Below the pieces are notes generated by a model. It made no database searches. It was not told the DNA's origin and saw nothing but the letters and a program-made list of their open reading frames with translations. The translations under genes were made by a program, and so were the position numbers. Source: a virus. From it: DNA of 64,000 nt. The DNA is taken from the IMG/VR virus record IMGVR_UViG_3300027749_000040, positions 32,001 through 96,000 of that record. One strand, 5' to 3'. Positions 1-15,000 of this stretch are shown piece by piece (within the stretch, counting starts at the first letter, position 1; every line of letters begins with the position of its first letter).

Positions 1-2
1 CT

Positions 3-3000
3 GATATAACAACAGCTAACGTAGGTGATATTCGTGGACAGTATCAAAGTATTTTCTACAATAATCCAAATACAACCGGTACAGTATTTGGCGCAAATAA
101 TTATCGTGATTTGGGTAATCTTGTACCATGGGGTAATAAAATTATTCAGAATAGTGCATCATTGGTGTTGCCCGGCACCTTTTTAAGAAAGCCAGGAGTC
201 AATTTATACGACTCATTGCAGTATAATAGTAATCAATATATTTCATTCAAAACTTTACTAATAGATACTGTTAATAAAACAGAATATAATGTATATCAAT
301 CTTCGGCAGTAATGCTAGATGATGCACTGGATCAAATCACCATATCTAAAGTAGATAGCGCGCCGTTCTTCTGGAGTGATATGCTACCTAGTAAATCACC
401 TTATGCTAGCAACTCATATACTTTTGCAAATTCATTAGATGTTAGTAGATATCCATTAACCAGAATTTATAATTTTGATACTGCAAACTATTATGGAGTA
501 TTGGTATATCTAACACGTACTGTACAAGGTTATACTAGTATTACTCAATTGGTTATTGGAATTGATTATACTATCAGCGCAACAAGCCCGGCACTAACAG
601 TTGAGACTGATTTGTTACCCGGAGATATTATTACAGTTAATGAATATTATCAAACCTACGGATCGTATGTTCCAAATACCCCTACAAAATTAGGCTTGTA
701 CCCATCATTCATTCCTGAAGTAATACTAGATGAAAACTATACTAACCCTACATACTTTATTCGCGGACATGATGGGTCTTATACAAAATTATATGGAGAT
801 TATATTGACGGGCATCTCGTAGACTTTAGAGATAAAGTCTTGCTTGAGTTTGAAACTCGAATCTATAATAATTTAAAATTAAGTAATATTATTCCTATAA
901 GAGATTATGATGTTGTTCCTGGATTTTTCAGAACTACTGATTATTCTTATGATGAATTCTTATCAATTTATTCTCAGTTTTTCTTAAACTGGGTTGGACA
1001 AAATCGGGTTGAGTATAAACAACAAATTGGATATACTCCTACTAACCAATTTTCATACAACTACAGCCAATCTGGCAATAAAATTAACAATGCTCAAATT
1101 CAACAAGGATACTGGAGGGGTATATATCAATACTACTATGACACATCACAGCCTGATGTAGCACCTTGGGAAATGATAGGATTTACTAGTCAACCTGCAT
1201 GGTGGACAACACGTTATGGTCCTGCACCATATACCAGTGATAACTTAGTATTATGGGGTGATTTAGCCGCAGGTCTTAATTGGAATAACGGAGATCCTGT
1301 TATAGTAACACAATGTATTAGACCACAGCTACTACAAGTATTACCTGTTGATAGTAACGGTAATCTAGTATCACCGTTTGACGCAATTGTAGGTAATTAT
1401 GACGGTAGAAGTTTCCGCAATGATTGGAAAGTTGGGGACGTTGCATCAACAGAATTTTCGTATCGTAGAAGTAGTTCATGGCCGTTTGACTTAATGAAAA
1501 TATTAGCATTAACTAAACCTGCTGAGTTTTACAACTTAGGCGTTGATGTTGACAATTACAAATACAATAGTGAATTCAATCAATTCTTAGTCAATGATAG
1601 AAGCCATTTAGTAATTGCAGATGTTCAAATTTATGGTGATGGCATTGCCAAAACAAGCTATATCAACTGGATTGTTGATTATGAAAAACAAGTTGGTATC
1701 GATTCAACACAAACAACTATAGATTTATTAGCCAACTTAGATGTTCGATTAATATATCGTGTTGCTGGCTTTACTGATAAAACTCTTGTTAACTTTTATG
1801 TTGAAAAAGGATCGCCTAATAGCAACAACGCATCACTGTTGATACCCTCTGAAAGTCTGAATGTATTATTATATGATAATATTCCCTTCAATAAAATTAT
1901 ATACAGTGGTGTTATTATACAAAATTCCGGTACTGGCTGGAAAGTATATGGTAACTCACAAACAAAAGCATATTTTACGGTAAGTAAACCAAAAATCAAT
2001 GGTAACTATAATTTAGTGACAGTTGAAGGTGAATCAGTACAAGTTGCTAAAGATTATTTTGAAAACACAGAAATATTAATACCGTATGGTACTGAGTTTG
2101 TATCTAAACAAGATTTGGCTCAATTTATTGGAAGTTATAGTAATTATTTAACAACACAGGGTGTATTGTTTAAAGAAATAGAATCTGGAATAGATGTTAA
2201 CTGGAATCAAATGATTGCAGAATATTTATATTGGACTCAATCTGGTTGGGGGAAAGGTAGTTTACTTAATTTAAACCCGGCAGCCAATTTGATTACTATT
2301 CAGAAAGATAGTTGTGTAGTACAACCATTGACACTACAACGTCAAAACTTTATATTAAATCAAAATTTATATCCAATTCAATCTGTTGATTTAGCAGTAG
2401 TGCGAGATGACACACTATTTACTGCTACACCTCTTAATCAAGGTGATACCGTTGCGTATGGTCAGTTTAATATTAGTAACTTTGAACACGGTGTTGTATT
2501 CAACAACGTTACATTATTCAACGATGTGATTTATAATTTGATTACCGGACTACGGCAGAATCGTATTATAACTCGTGGTACAAAAACTGCTGACTGGAAC
2601 GGCACTATTGATGCACAGGGTTTTATCCTTAATCAAGATAATATACAAGAATGGAATAATATAACCAAATATACTAAAGGCGTTATTGTAAAATATAAAA
2701 ATAAATATTGGGTTTCATTAAGAGTATTAGAACCAAGTATGACATTCGACGGTAGGTACTGGAAAGAAACAGACTATAATGAAATTCAAAAGGGATTACT
2801 ACCAAACCCAAGTACACGTAGTTATGAAAGTGTATTATATTACAATACAAACACTCCTAACTTAAGTAAAGATGCTGACTTATTAAGTTGGTCATTGGTT
2901 GGATACCGCCCTCGCGATTACATGGCTCTGGCTGACCTAACTGATATTACTCAAATCAATGTTTACAAAAACTTGATTAAAGAAAAAGGCACAAAGATTG

Positions 3001-6000
3001 CCGCAGAAAACTTTAAAGGTATTAATTTACCACAAGGTGGCATTGATTATGATATCTATGACAACTGGGCCATTAAGACCGGCGAGTTTGGTGGCGTGTT
3101 AGATAATAACTTTATTGACTTTAAATTAAATCAAAATGAATTGACCGGAAATCCTTCTATAGTTGGATTAACAACAGGCACCTACACAGACGGGGTACAA
3201 CAAGAAGTCCCATTGTATTCTGTATTCAATTACGGCAGACCTATTACTAATCCTAATGTTTTACCAACGATTCCCGCAAATACACCTAACAGATTATATC
3301 CGGATGCAGGTTATGTTAATTTTAATGACATAACTACGTATGGCTATTACTATAATGATTTGAATCTTGCACAAACACCTTTGTCAAAATTATATGTAGG
3401 TGAATATGTTTGGGTCGCTGACTATAACGGCACTTGGCAAGTATATACGCCTATTTCAAATGGTAACTTGATTCAAGTATTAAACAATTTGAATGGGACT
3501 GTTACACTACAATTTGCTGAACCACATGGATTAACAAAGTATCAAACTATTGCAATCATTAACTTTGATGACGCGGTTAACGGTTATAGAATTGTACAAG
3601 CAGTTGTAGATAATTATAGAGTTACGATTGCACTATCATTAGTTTCTACTATAGCAAGATTGACTAACACCAATAGTATTGTAATGCGTTTCCAGTCACA
3701 GCGTGTAAGCCAACCAAGTGATATTGTTAACTTACCTTTATTGAATACTGAATTTGTTAAAAACAAAGTATGGGTAGATACTAATACTGACGGTGATTGG
3801 GCTGTATATCGTAAAAGCATTAATTATCAACTAGACTTAGAGTTATTAAAGACCGGATCAGAAACATTTGGTAGTGCAGTTGCAACTACAAGTGATTTAG
3901 GTTATTTAATTGGTGATGCTGATTTAGGTGTAGCATATCGTTACACATATAACCCTGTATTCGAACGCTATGACCTAGCACAAACACTAACTGGTTCTGC
4001 TAGTTTTGGTTCATCAATAGGATACACCGGTTCAACTTTTGCTATTAGTCAACCTACGGGAACATTACTTGCAGATAGAAAAATAAAAATATACACATTG
4101 ATAAGCACACTTCAAGTTAATGAGTTACAATTTTTACAAACAATTCAAGCACCAACTGGCATAACAAATTGGGGAACTAAAACAGAATTTTCTGGAGATG
4201 GCAACTGGTTATTCATTAGTGCATATGAACAAAATGCATTCTATGTATATCGTAAATCTCAAGTTACTGGTTTGTATGAATATAACACTATTATAACATT
4301 GGGTAGTCTTGTTACCGGTGATAATTTCTCATATGCATTGGCAACTAACTATTATGGTAATACATTAGTAGTTGGCGCACCCGGAGTTGACACCGGTGTT
4401 ACTAATAATACAGGCACATCTTATATATTTGAACGAGTGATGCAAAACTTTGAAGTGAGGTTTACTAGTCAGCCATTCGTGCCGCAAACATTTAATTTAG
4501 TAGCCGGTCCTTTAACTAGGACAGCAATCGGAAGTTCTATTAACTCTAGCAATGCCATTACATTGTCATCAGTTGCAGGACTGTCAGATGGAGTGAATGG
4601 AACACCAATTGTATTTACAGGTAACGTATTTGGTGGTATATCACTAAATCAAGTTTATTATGTTAAATTAATTTCTGGTTCAACAATCACTCTTTCATTG
4701 ACAAGAAACGGAACAACATTGGTGTTAGCAAACACACCATCTGGTACAATGACCATGGTTGCACAAACATCACCAATCTATGTTAGTGTCAATGGAACAT
4801 TAATAGATGACAATAACTATGCTGTAATTGGATCATTGTTAAATGTATATCAATCATTAAACGCAGGTGATATACTAACAGTTAGTGGATCTACCTTTGT
4901 GTTGATACAACAATTTACCGCAACTGACACTATTACAATTGGCGAGCAATATGGTTATAGTGCAGACTTGGATACATATGGTAATGAACTTTTAATTGGC
5001 GCCCCTTTCCAAATTAATTCACAAAACAAAGAAGGCACAATTTATCGTTATACTGATGGCGGCGGAAGTTATGGTATTATTACTGGTACGATTGATTGTC
5101 AAGTCACCACACCAACGACTATTTTATTGAATGGTTATGCTGTTGCTATACCTGTAGGTAATGCATCAGTGGTTGCGGCAGCAATAGCAGGATCAAATAT
5201 TACTAATGTAACCGCAACATCAATAGATAATAAACTTGTCATATCGTTGATTAACATAGAATTAGCAACAATCAATGACAAGTTAGATATTATTACACTT
5301 ACTGGTAATGCAATGTATCAATTGGGTATTTCAAAATACACATTTACACAAACTATCACTGACCCGCATACCGCCGGTAGAACTCAATTTGGTACTGTTA
5401 TCAAATTTAATGATAATGGTTCATTTGTAGCAAGTGCACCGGCATCAGCACGTTATGAAGCAACTACATTCGATTCAACCGATGATGATAATTATAACAA
5501 TGATACATTGTTTGATAATAATACAACACAGTTTGTAGATATCGCAAGAAACGCCGGCGCAGTTTACATGTTTGACTATGCTGAAAATTATAATGAAAAT
5601 TTAACAAATGTTGGTCAATTCATATACGCTCAAAGTGTAAACGCATTGAATATAGACTATGGTGCACAACCATACTATGGTACTGCGTTAGACTTTAATG
5701 ATAATACGGTAGTAGTTGGTACGCCTGGCTTTAGACCGGGATATAACAATGGTCAAGTAATTATCTACACAAACTCATCTGGTCTAGCGGATTGGTCTGT
5801 ATATCGTCAACCAGAAATAGCAGTCGATGTTAACGGCATTCAAAACGCACAACTATACAGTGCATCAACTAACAACACATTAATAAACTTAGATTACTTT
5901 GATCCATTACAAGGAAAAATATTAGGCGTAGTATCAGAAAACTTAGATATAATTTCTAATGCTGATCCTGCATCATATAATAGTCCTAATACAACTATAT

Positions 6001-9000
6001 CTGGATCTAGTGTTTGGGGCACTAAACAATTAGGTAAGTTGTGGTTCAATACAAGTTCTACTAAATTTGTTAACTATCATCAGTATAATGATGTAGTATA
6101 TAATAGCAAATGGTGGGGTCGTGTATTCCCTGGTAGTCAAGTTACAATTTACAGTTGGATTACAAGTGATGTGGTTCCGGCCGAATATACAGCTACCGGT
6201 ACTCCATTGAACTTAACAGATTATGCTATTGAATATGTATTAAATTCAACCGGAGCTATTACCCCTGTATATTTCTACTGGGTAAGAAATACTAATATCA
6301 TCTTCAACCAGATAGGTAAAACATTAAGTGATACTATATGTGAGGCATATATTAGTGCACCACAGGCATCTGGAATCGCTTACTTTGCACCTATACAATC
6401 TAATGTAATGGGTTTGTATAATACAAGTGAGTATGTCAATTCAACTGATACAGTAATGCATATTGGTTTTGCTACTGGTACAAATGATGATGATTCGCAT
6501 AGTATTTACAGTTTGATTCGTTCAAACTATGTAGATGATTTCTTACCCGGATTGCCTGCATTAACAAGTTTACCTCCCCTATCATTATATGATAGAATGT
6601 TAGATAGTATGAGTGGAGTAGATGAATCAGGTGCCATTGTTCCTGATCCATACTTACCAAAACCAGTACAGAGTGGTATATTAGTTCGTCCTCGTCAAGG
6701 CTTCTTCTATTCACGCTTTGGTGCATTAAAGAATTACTTAACACTTGCTAACCAAGAATTAGCACAGATTCCGTTTACAGAAACTCAATCTAGTAAATTT
6801 TTATACACCGTTGGACCTATAAATCCAAGTACAGGATTACCATTCTATGAAACAACTGACTACTGGGAATATATAAACTGGTGGCAACCCGGCTATAATG
6901 ATAATACTAAATCTGCTATGTTAGTAGAATCATATTTTCAATTAGCAACTATTAATGCACAGAATGGATTAATTGTAACTGTTAATAAAAACGGTGCCGG
7001 CTTCCAAGAAACATACAGATATGATAGCACGGTATCTACTTGGGTCCGTATAGGATTACAAAATGGAACAATTCAATTTAAGAGTTCATTGTGGGATTAT
7101 GAAACAGCACGATTAGGGTTTGGTGATAATTTCTTTGACACAACACCATTCGACACATATCCAAGTCAAGAAACACGCTCTATCACTCGATTCTTAAATG
7201 AAGAATTACCGAGTGAAATATTTGCTTTCAGAAATCAAGGATTGATTTTATTGTTTAACTATATAATGAGTGAAACAATAGAGAGTCAAAATTATCTGCC
7301 ATGGTTAAACAAGACATCATTTATTGATGTAGCACACACGATCCGTGAATTACTTCCTTTAGAAGTATTTCAAAGTGATAATCAAGATTTCTTGTCTGGA
7401 TACATCAATGAAATTAAGCCGTATCATGTAGTTGTTAAAGATTTCTTATTCAAGTACACTGGTACAAACTTATGGGCCGGCAATATTACTGACTTTGATT
7501 TACCAGCACAATATAACACAAATTTACAGAAATATATAACACCTGAATTAGTATATGCTAATCCAAGCGGCGACAGTCAATATTTACCAACAGATGCTAT
7601 ATGGCAAGACCCTGCATATACAAATTGGTTTAACAATTACGGCGTGAGTATAACCGGAGTCAATGCTTATCCAATAACTACCTTAGCATCATATTTAACA
7701 TTGAATAGTAATTCAATGGTAGTAGATAACATTTATGGTTTTCCAATTAACGGAACAATTAAGATTTATGATCCCACTGATCCTGAAACAGATTTAAGTA
7801 AAAAAACATTTGAAATAATTGCTTACTCAAGTGTTGACAGAGCATATAGTACATTAAGTGGATTGACTCGCGGAGTTAATGATACACCTGTATCAAATCA
7901 TTTACCCGGTCAACAACTTTACATTGATCTACCTGCAATATTAGTATTAGATGGTGGTCGTGGTTATGCTAACCCTCCTAAAGTTACTGCATATATAGAT
8001 ACATCAATTTATCCAGCACCTAGAACTGAGGCTATTTTGCAACCAGTGATGAATTTGGATCAACTATTACGCATTGATGTTATCAATCCAGGTGATGGCT
8101 ATGTAGTGTTACCGCAAATAATAATTGAACCTAGTTCAGTTATTACATTTGCAAGTTCAGAAGTTGATTTATTAACCAACACTATTGCTATTCAAAATCA
8201 ACTTATACAAACTGGTGATTTGGTTCGTTACTACACCGGTACTGATACGACCGCAATTGGCGGCGTAAAAAATGACCAATACTATTATGTTAATGTCTTA
8301 GAGTCAGTACCTGCATATGTTCTTGCATTATATACTACCTATGCTGATGCATTACAAGATCGTGACAGAGTAGTATTTTTAAGTACAGGTACCGGGGAGA
8401 ACAATAATTTAGCTGTCAGTGCAAGAGCAAGTTGTGTAACTAGTTCTCGCCCTATTCGTGAAAACATAATGACACTACGCTATGACAGAACTACATATAA
8501 TTCTCAAGTTACTGAGTGGACTAAAAATAATTTCTATGGAAGTTTCTACGCTGGCTCGTTTAAAAATACTGAGCAAATTGCAAGCTCTGCACTAAGTTTA
8601 GAATCTTCACAGCCTGCAATTGATACTATTTTGGCAAGTGCTCAGGGAGCAATTTTTGAAATTCAAAATATACGAAATGATGAAGTTGTAAAATGGTCAT
8701 CTAGAACCCGTACGGTTACTAACACAACAACTAGTACTAATTTAATAACAATTACACCTAGTATTGGTGGAACACCTGATGAAGGTTTTGTAGGACCCAC
8801 TACTGGTTTCTATGTAGGCATGCCAATTAAATTTGCAGGGGCAGTATTTGGTGGATTAGCGGATAACACAGTTTATTATATTAAAGAAATAGTAAGTCTA
8901 ACACAATTTAGTATTAGTACCACAGTAGGCGGACTAGTGGTGCCACTATCAACTGCGGTAACTACTGCAGGATTAGACGCAATCATCGGAGAAGTCACAA

Positions 9001-12000
9001 ATACTGCTGTCATTTCAATTCAGTATCCCGGTATATTGACATCAACTGCAACATCACAAACAACAAACTTTGTAACAATACCATTGAATCCAAGTGGCAT
9101 TTGTGGAACAACTGGTTTCTATACAGGCATACCAATATTCTTCACGGGTAATGTTTTTGGTGGAGTCATTGAAAATGAAAATTATTATGTAATGACGGTA
9201 ATTGATGACCAGACATTTACAATGTCAACAACTAATAATCCCACAATTGTAACAGTTGAGGCAACTGAAAATGCAGGAGATTATGTTGTATTAAATGAAA
9301 TTGGTGATTTAAATATCAATACACCAATAATTATCACCGGCACAACATTTGGTGGAATTATTGCTGGACAATTATATTATATTGCTTCTATTGATTACAG
9401 TACAAATAAAGTTACACTGTCTAATACAATTAATGGTGGTACAGTTGCATTAACTTCTGCAATCGGTACTGCAACATTAACAAGCCAAGCAAATGCAGTT
9501 CAATTAACTACTGCAACAGGATCAATGACCTGTAATATTGGTTTACCAATCAGCCCGGGGCAAATCACTGGCCAAGAATTTACATTCTATAATACATCCG
9601 GCGAATTTACTAATGGTGGCTCTGGATACTCAGGTACAAATAGTAATTTAATTACTAGAAGTACAGTGGCAACAGTGACTGGTTCTAATTATATGTATTT
9701 GAATTTGTTGGGTGGCGGCTTAACTAATATGTATGTAAACATGCCATTTAGATTATCTACATCAGTCGGTGGTCTATCAGCAGCCACAACATATTATGTT
9801 AAGTCTATGGGCACCGTAGTGGTCGATGTTACAAGTTCAAATGCAGGAACAGAAGAATATACCTGCGCAAGTACAACAGGATTCTACGCGGGAATGCCGA
9901 TATCATTCACCGGTGGTGTGTTTGGTGGAGTTGTTGAATTAGTGACATATTATGTTCGCACTGTTACAGGGCTTACTACATTTACTATAAGTGAAACACC
10001 AAGTGGTAGCACCTTTAACTTAACCGGTGATAATGGATTGATGACATTGACTGCCGATAATCCGTTTATCACGGTTAGTTTAACTGCGGGAGGAACAACA
10101 ATATCATTAACTGATAATTTCTCACCGGCATCTACACTAACACAATACCCAACATCAGCCCCAACATTCTTTGTTAGCTATATGTTAGGTGGATATTCTG
10201 TTGTGATTAACACTGCGGGCACAGGCTTTGCATACAATAATAATATTACACTTCAAGGTGGTCAGGATGATCTGCCCGGTGTAAATGGTATAAATGATAT
10301 TGTAATCAATGTCAGTGGTATCAGTGCCACTGGTGCGATAACATCTACAATTATTTCTGGTACTCCACCTGGATTGACAGAACAATACTACTTAAAAGTT
10401 ATTAGTGCAACTGAATTAGAAGTATATGCTAACCCACTGATGACAGTTCCAGTCAATGGTGATACATTAGGGTTAACATACACGGGAGTTACATCAACCA
10501 ATGTTACTGCTGTTACGGCTGCTAATGATAGATTAACAGTAACTAATTCAGACGACTTTGAATTAAATGATCCAGTTGTATTTACTGGAAGTGTATATAG
10601 TGAATTGACTTTGGGTCAGACTTATTATATTAAAACAAAACCATCGACAACTACAGTTACTATTTCAACTACAATAGGTGGTGGTACATTTAACTTTACT
10701 GGTACCATAGCAGATTTAGAATTTACTATGGCCAAGTCAGGTGATTATGTTTATTTACCAGAACCATTCTACTTCACTCAGAGCATTGTTCGTTATAATA
10801 ATAGACTATACCAATGTATTGTCAGCAACAACGATGCTGATTTCATATTGGGTAAGTGGGAATTGCTAGACAGCGGCGATAGAAAACTCAACGAATTAGA
10901 TCGTATTGTTGGGTACTATAACCCAACAGCAAACATGCCTGGCAGAGACTTAACTCAGCTTGTTACTGGAATTACTTATCCGGGTTCAGTATACATGGAT
11001 AATGCATTTCCTCCGGCAGAAGAATTTTTGCTTGATACTGAATTACAAGACCAACCGTTCTACCCAGCAACAATTAATAATATGTCTGTGGTATGGGACG
11101 GTATCCGTTATGTAACAATATCAACATCACCTACTTATTCTGCACTATTAACAAGTACTACAGGTGATAATTGGGCATTGAGTAAACTAAGCAACAACCC
11201 TGTTGGATTGTCAGATATTTACTACGATGGTAATAGATATGTAATCACTACAACTAATTCAGCAACGCCAATTTATACTAGCACAGATGGGTTAGTATAT
11301 ACAACAGGCCAAACATTGTCAGTGCCTTCTAATACATTAAACCGTGTTTATAATAGCAATGATGTTTGGATAGCAGTTGGTGAAAATGTGATAAAAAGTC
11401 TAGATACTATATCATGGGTAAACTCATTTGCATTATCTAGTCCCGGGTCTTTCTCAGATGTAACATATACCACTGCAGGCTACACTGGATGGTTAGTAAT
11501 TGGTAATCAAACTATCAATGGTGTCGATCAAACCTTAATTATTAGAAGTACGAATGACGGCACTACCTGGAATATTGTTAATGATGGTATTACTACTGTA
11601 ATTACTTCAGCATATGTAAATGCAATTACAAGCAGTAATAGTTTAGTTGTCATTGTAAGTGATGCAGGGCAAATATTTACTAGTACTGACGGTGCTCAAA
11701 CTAATGTAGAGCAAACATCAGGTACAAGTGAAAACTTAGTAGATGTTACTTATGGTAATGGTAAATTTATTGCAGTGGGAGACAATGGCACGATTGTAAC
11801 AAGTAGTGACGGCGTAACATGGACTATAGAAACGTCAACCACAACCAATAACCTAAATAGTGTTGCATATAATGATACTGATTCTAAATTCATTATAGTT
11901 GGTGACAATAACACTATTTTAACAAGTAGTAATGGATCTACGTGGACTACAAGTGCATTGTTTATACAAGAAGAACCAGTGTATACTGTTCAAGGTGATT

Positions 12001-15000
12001 CATTTGCCGAAGGTTACGGACCAGAAGAATTGGTCCCCGGCGTAGTTACTGATAATCTAACTATGATTACAACGACACGTCCCGGTACTAACTGGGCAGT
12101 TGGCGAATACGGTCATACAGGGTTCAATGTTGTATCAATTGAAATTACACCATCTTATCCGCAATATGAATATTCATTCTTAAATGTTGTACAGAACCCA
12201 GTGTTTATAGTAATATATGATATTAATCCAGTAATCGGTACAAGTACTAGAATTTATGAGACATATGATTACACGGTAGATTGGGTTCTAAAAACAATCA
12301 CATTGAATACTACATTAGCTCCTAACCATACATTAGGCATTGAATTATGCGAAGTGGGTAACGGTGATCAGTTACAACGATCAAATTCACAGGCGGTACC
12401 ATTTATTGACAATCCTGATACAGGATTTGTTGAAATGCCACTGAACTGTAATTATTCTGCTAGTAAATTCAATGGCAACGGAGTCATAAGACCAGGAACA
12501 GAACCTGTACAGGTAGAATGCACAAAAACTGAAGCACTCATTGATTCTATAACATGCTCTAGTGTATCTAATTTTGCACTCAATCAATCGGTACAATTCC
12601 AAGGCAATGTATTTGGTGGTATTGAATTGGATCAGACATATTATATTAAAACTATTAGTTATATAACTAATAAAATTACAGTATCACTTCCTCCTCTAGT
12701 GAATGGTATTGCGGGACCAACATATCAATTAAGCAATGATACTGGATCTATGCAAATAATCAGTCAACCGGGTACGGGTCTTGTTTGGACTGACCCACTA
12801 GTAGTACATAATGGTACTAAATTGATACTTGGTGAAACTAGTGTGGTAACTCAAACAAAGAGTTCTACAAATTCAATAGTTGTTAATACATCGTTGACTG
12901 TTGACATAAACGATCCAATTGTATTCAGCGATTATATATTTGGTGGATTGGCCCCTCACACAACTTACTACATTAGTTCAATTGTTGACCTTAATGAATT
13001 TACGGTATCTACCTCATTGGGAGGTAGCATTGTACCATTAACAGATGCATCCGGACTTGCAAGTTTTGTCACGAATGATTTTGCAATTTCTATAGCAAGT
13101 GTAGGACCTACTGCAAAGTTAGTGTTTGCTAATAACTACACAAACACTGAAGACTTTGTTACTTTTGCAGTATTTGGAGAAACAGATCCTATACAATATT
13201 CATATAGTATCCCAATTACACAGATTTATATGTCAACTGGTGGCGAGACACAATTACTGTTGACTAATTATATAGGCGGCACTAATCCTGAAAATGCAGT
13301 AGTAGAAGTTAATGGACTGCGCTTGACAAACACATCGGAATATACTATTGATTTAGTTACTCAAACATTGTATTTGACATTTAGTTTAATTGCGGGCGAT
13401 ATTTTAGCAGTTACTACATATAACAGCACTAACAGACAATACTTACATACCACACTAGGTGGAACCTACAGTGGCTCAGCAAGTATCACATTAAATATAG
13501 GATCAACCACACACTTCCCCGGATACGATGGATCTCCGTACGGAGGCGGTCTTCAGACAGCAGCCGGAAGTTTCTCAATAGGACAAGGTTATACTATTAC
13601 TACTATCAATGATGGTGTAGGTGGCCCAAATACAAATTTCACTTCAATTGGCGCATTGAATAATAACATAGGAACATTCTTTATTGCATCTGGAATTGGT
13701 GCTGGATCTGGTAGTGCATTAGAATCTACTGGTGAAGAGTTCTCGCCTGGACCAGACTATTTAACATTATCATCTGGATCTACGGTTGGTTTAGAACTAA
13801 ACACAGCTATAATATTTGCATCACCAATTGGTGGTATTGTTGCAGGTACGATCTATTACATTGCAGAAATATTAACACCGGGAACAACAAACTTTACGGT
13901 ATCGTTAACACCAGGTGGACCAAGTATACCATTAATTACTGATACGGGCTCTATGCTTGGATTTATTAATCCTCCTAGAGTTTCTAATATTACAGCTATC
14001 AATAATAATATTTCAGCACCGTTAGCAAGAACTAATGTTACACAAACAACAGCCCCAAATACTATTACTGCATCTAGTACTGCTGGGTTCGTAATTGGTC
14101 AACCAATCTTGTTTAAAGGCCTAACAACGACCGGTTTCGGTGGGCTATCAGCAGACGGTACTGTATATTGGATTAATTACATTGATGCAAATGGAATTGA
14201 TTTTAAAGTTTCTGAAACACAGAGTGGTAGTGCATACATAGTTACTAATGCATCAGGTTCAATGTATGCTTATGTAGGTGGAAATGAAGCAGTAACATTA
14301 ACTACCGGTGTTGCTCACAACCTAGTTGAAAATGATATTGTGCGTATTGATGGTGTGGTTGGCTCAGTACAATTGAACAATAATTCTTATTACGCAAAGA
14401 TAATTACTGATACTCAAATTGCTTTGTATCTATCACCATATCAACCACAAAGTTATGCAACGAATGACCCGGTAACTACTGTTTCTTCTTATGTAAGCGG
14501 CGGTTATGTTTGGTTAGATAAGCAATTTACATTAATTGACACCACTGCTACTGCAAGTTCAGCAATTGATAATACTATCACAGTGAACTCTGTTAGTCAA
14601 ATAGTAATTGATACACCTGTATACTTCTCTGGTACAGTGTTTGGAGGAATAGTTGAAGGTACTAAGTACTATGTCAAGTCTATTGATGTACTGAATAGTA
14701 AGATAACACTATCATCAACTTATCAAGGTAGTGAAATAGCAATAACCGCATATGCAGGCACAGATACCATGGGTGTCACAATGTGGGAACAAACTAATGT
14801 TGATAGAATTTGGGTGACAGTAAATGGATATCGAGTTCCATCAAGCTCGCTTGTTATCAATCCAAACAACAATCTAGGTATATTGACAACAATTGTACCA
14901 GGAGATGTGGTAATAATTACTAACATGATACCTACATCTACTCCTGACGAATTAATATATATTAACAATGTCAATAAGTATAATATACCTACCGTGTATC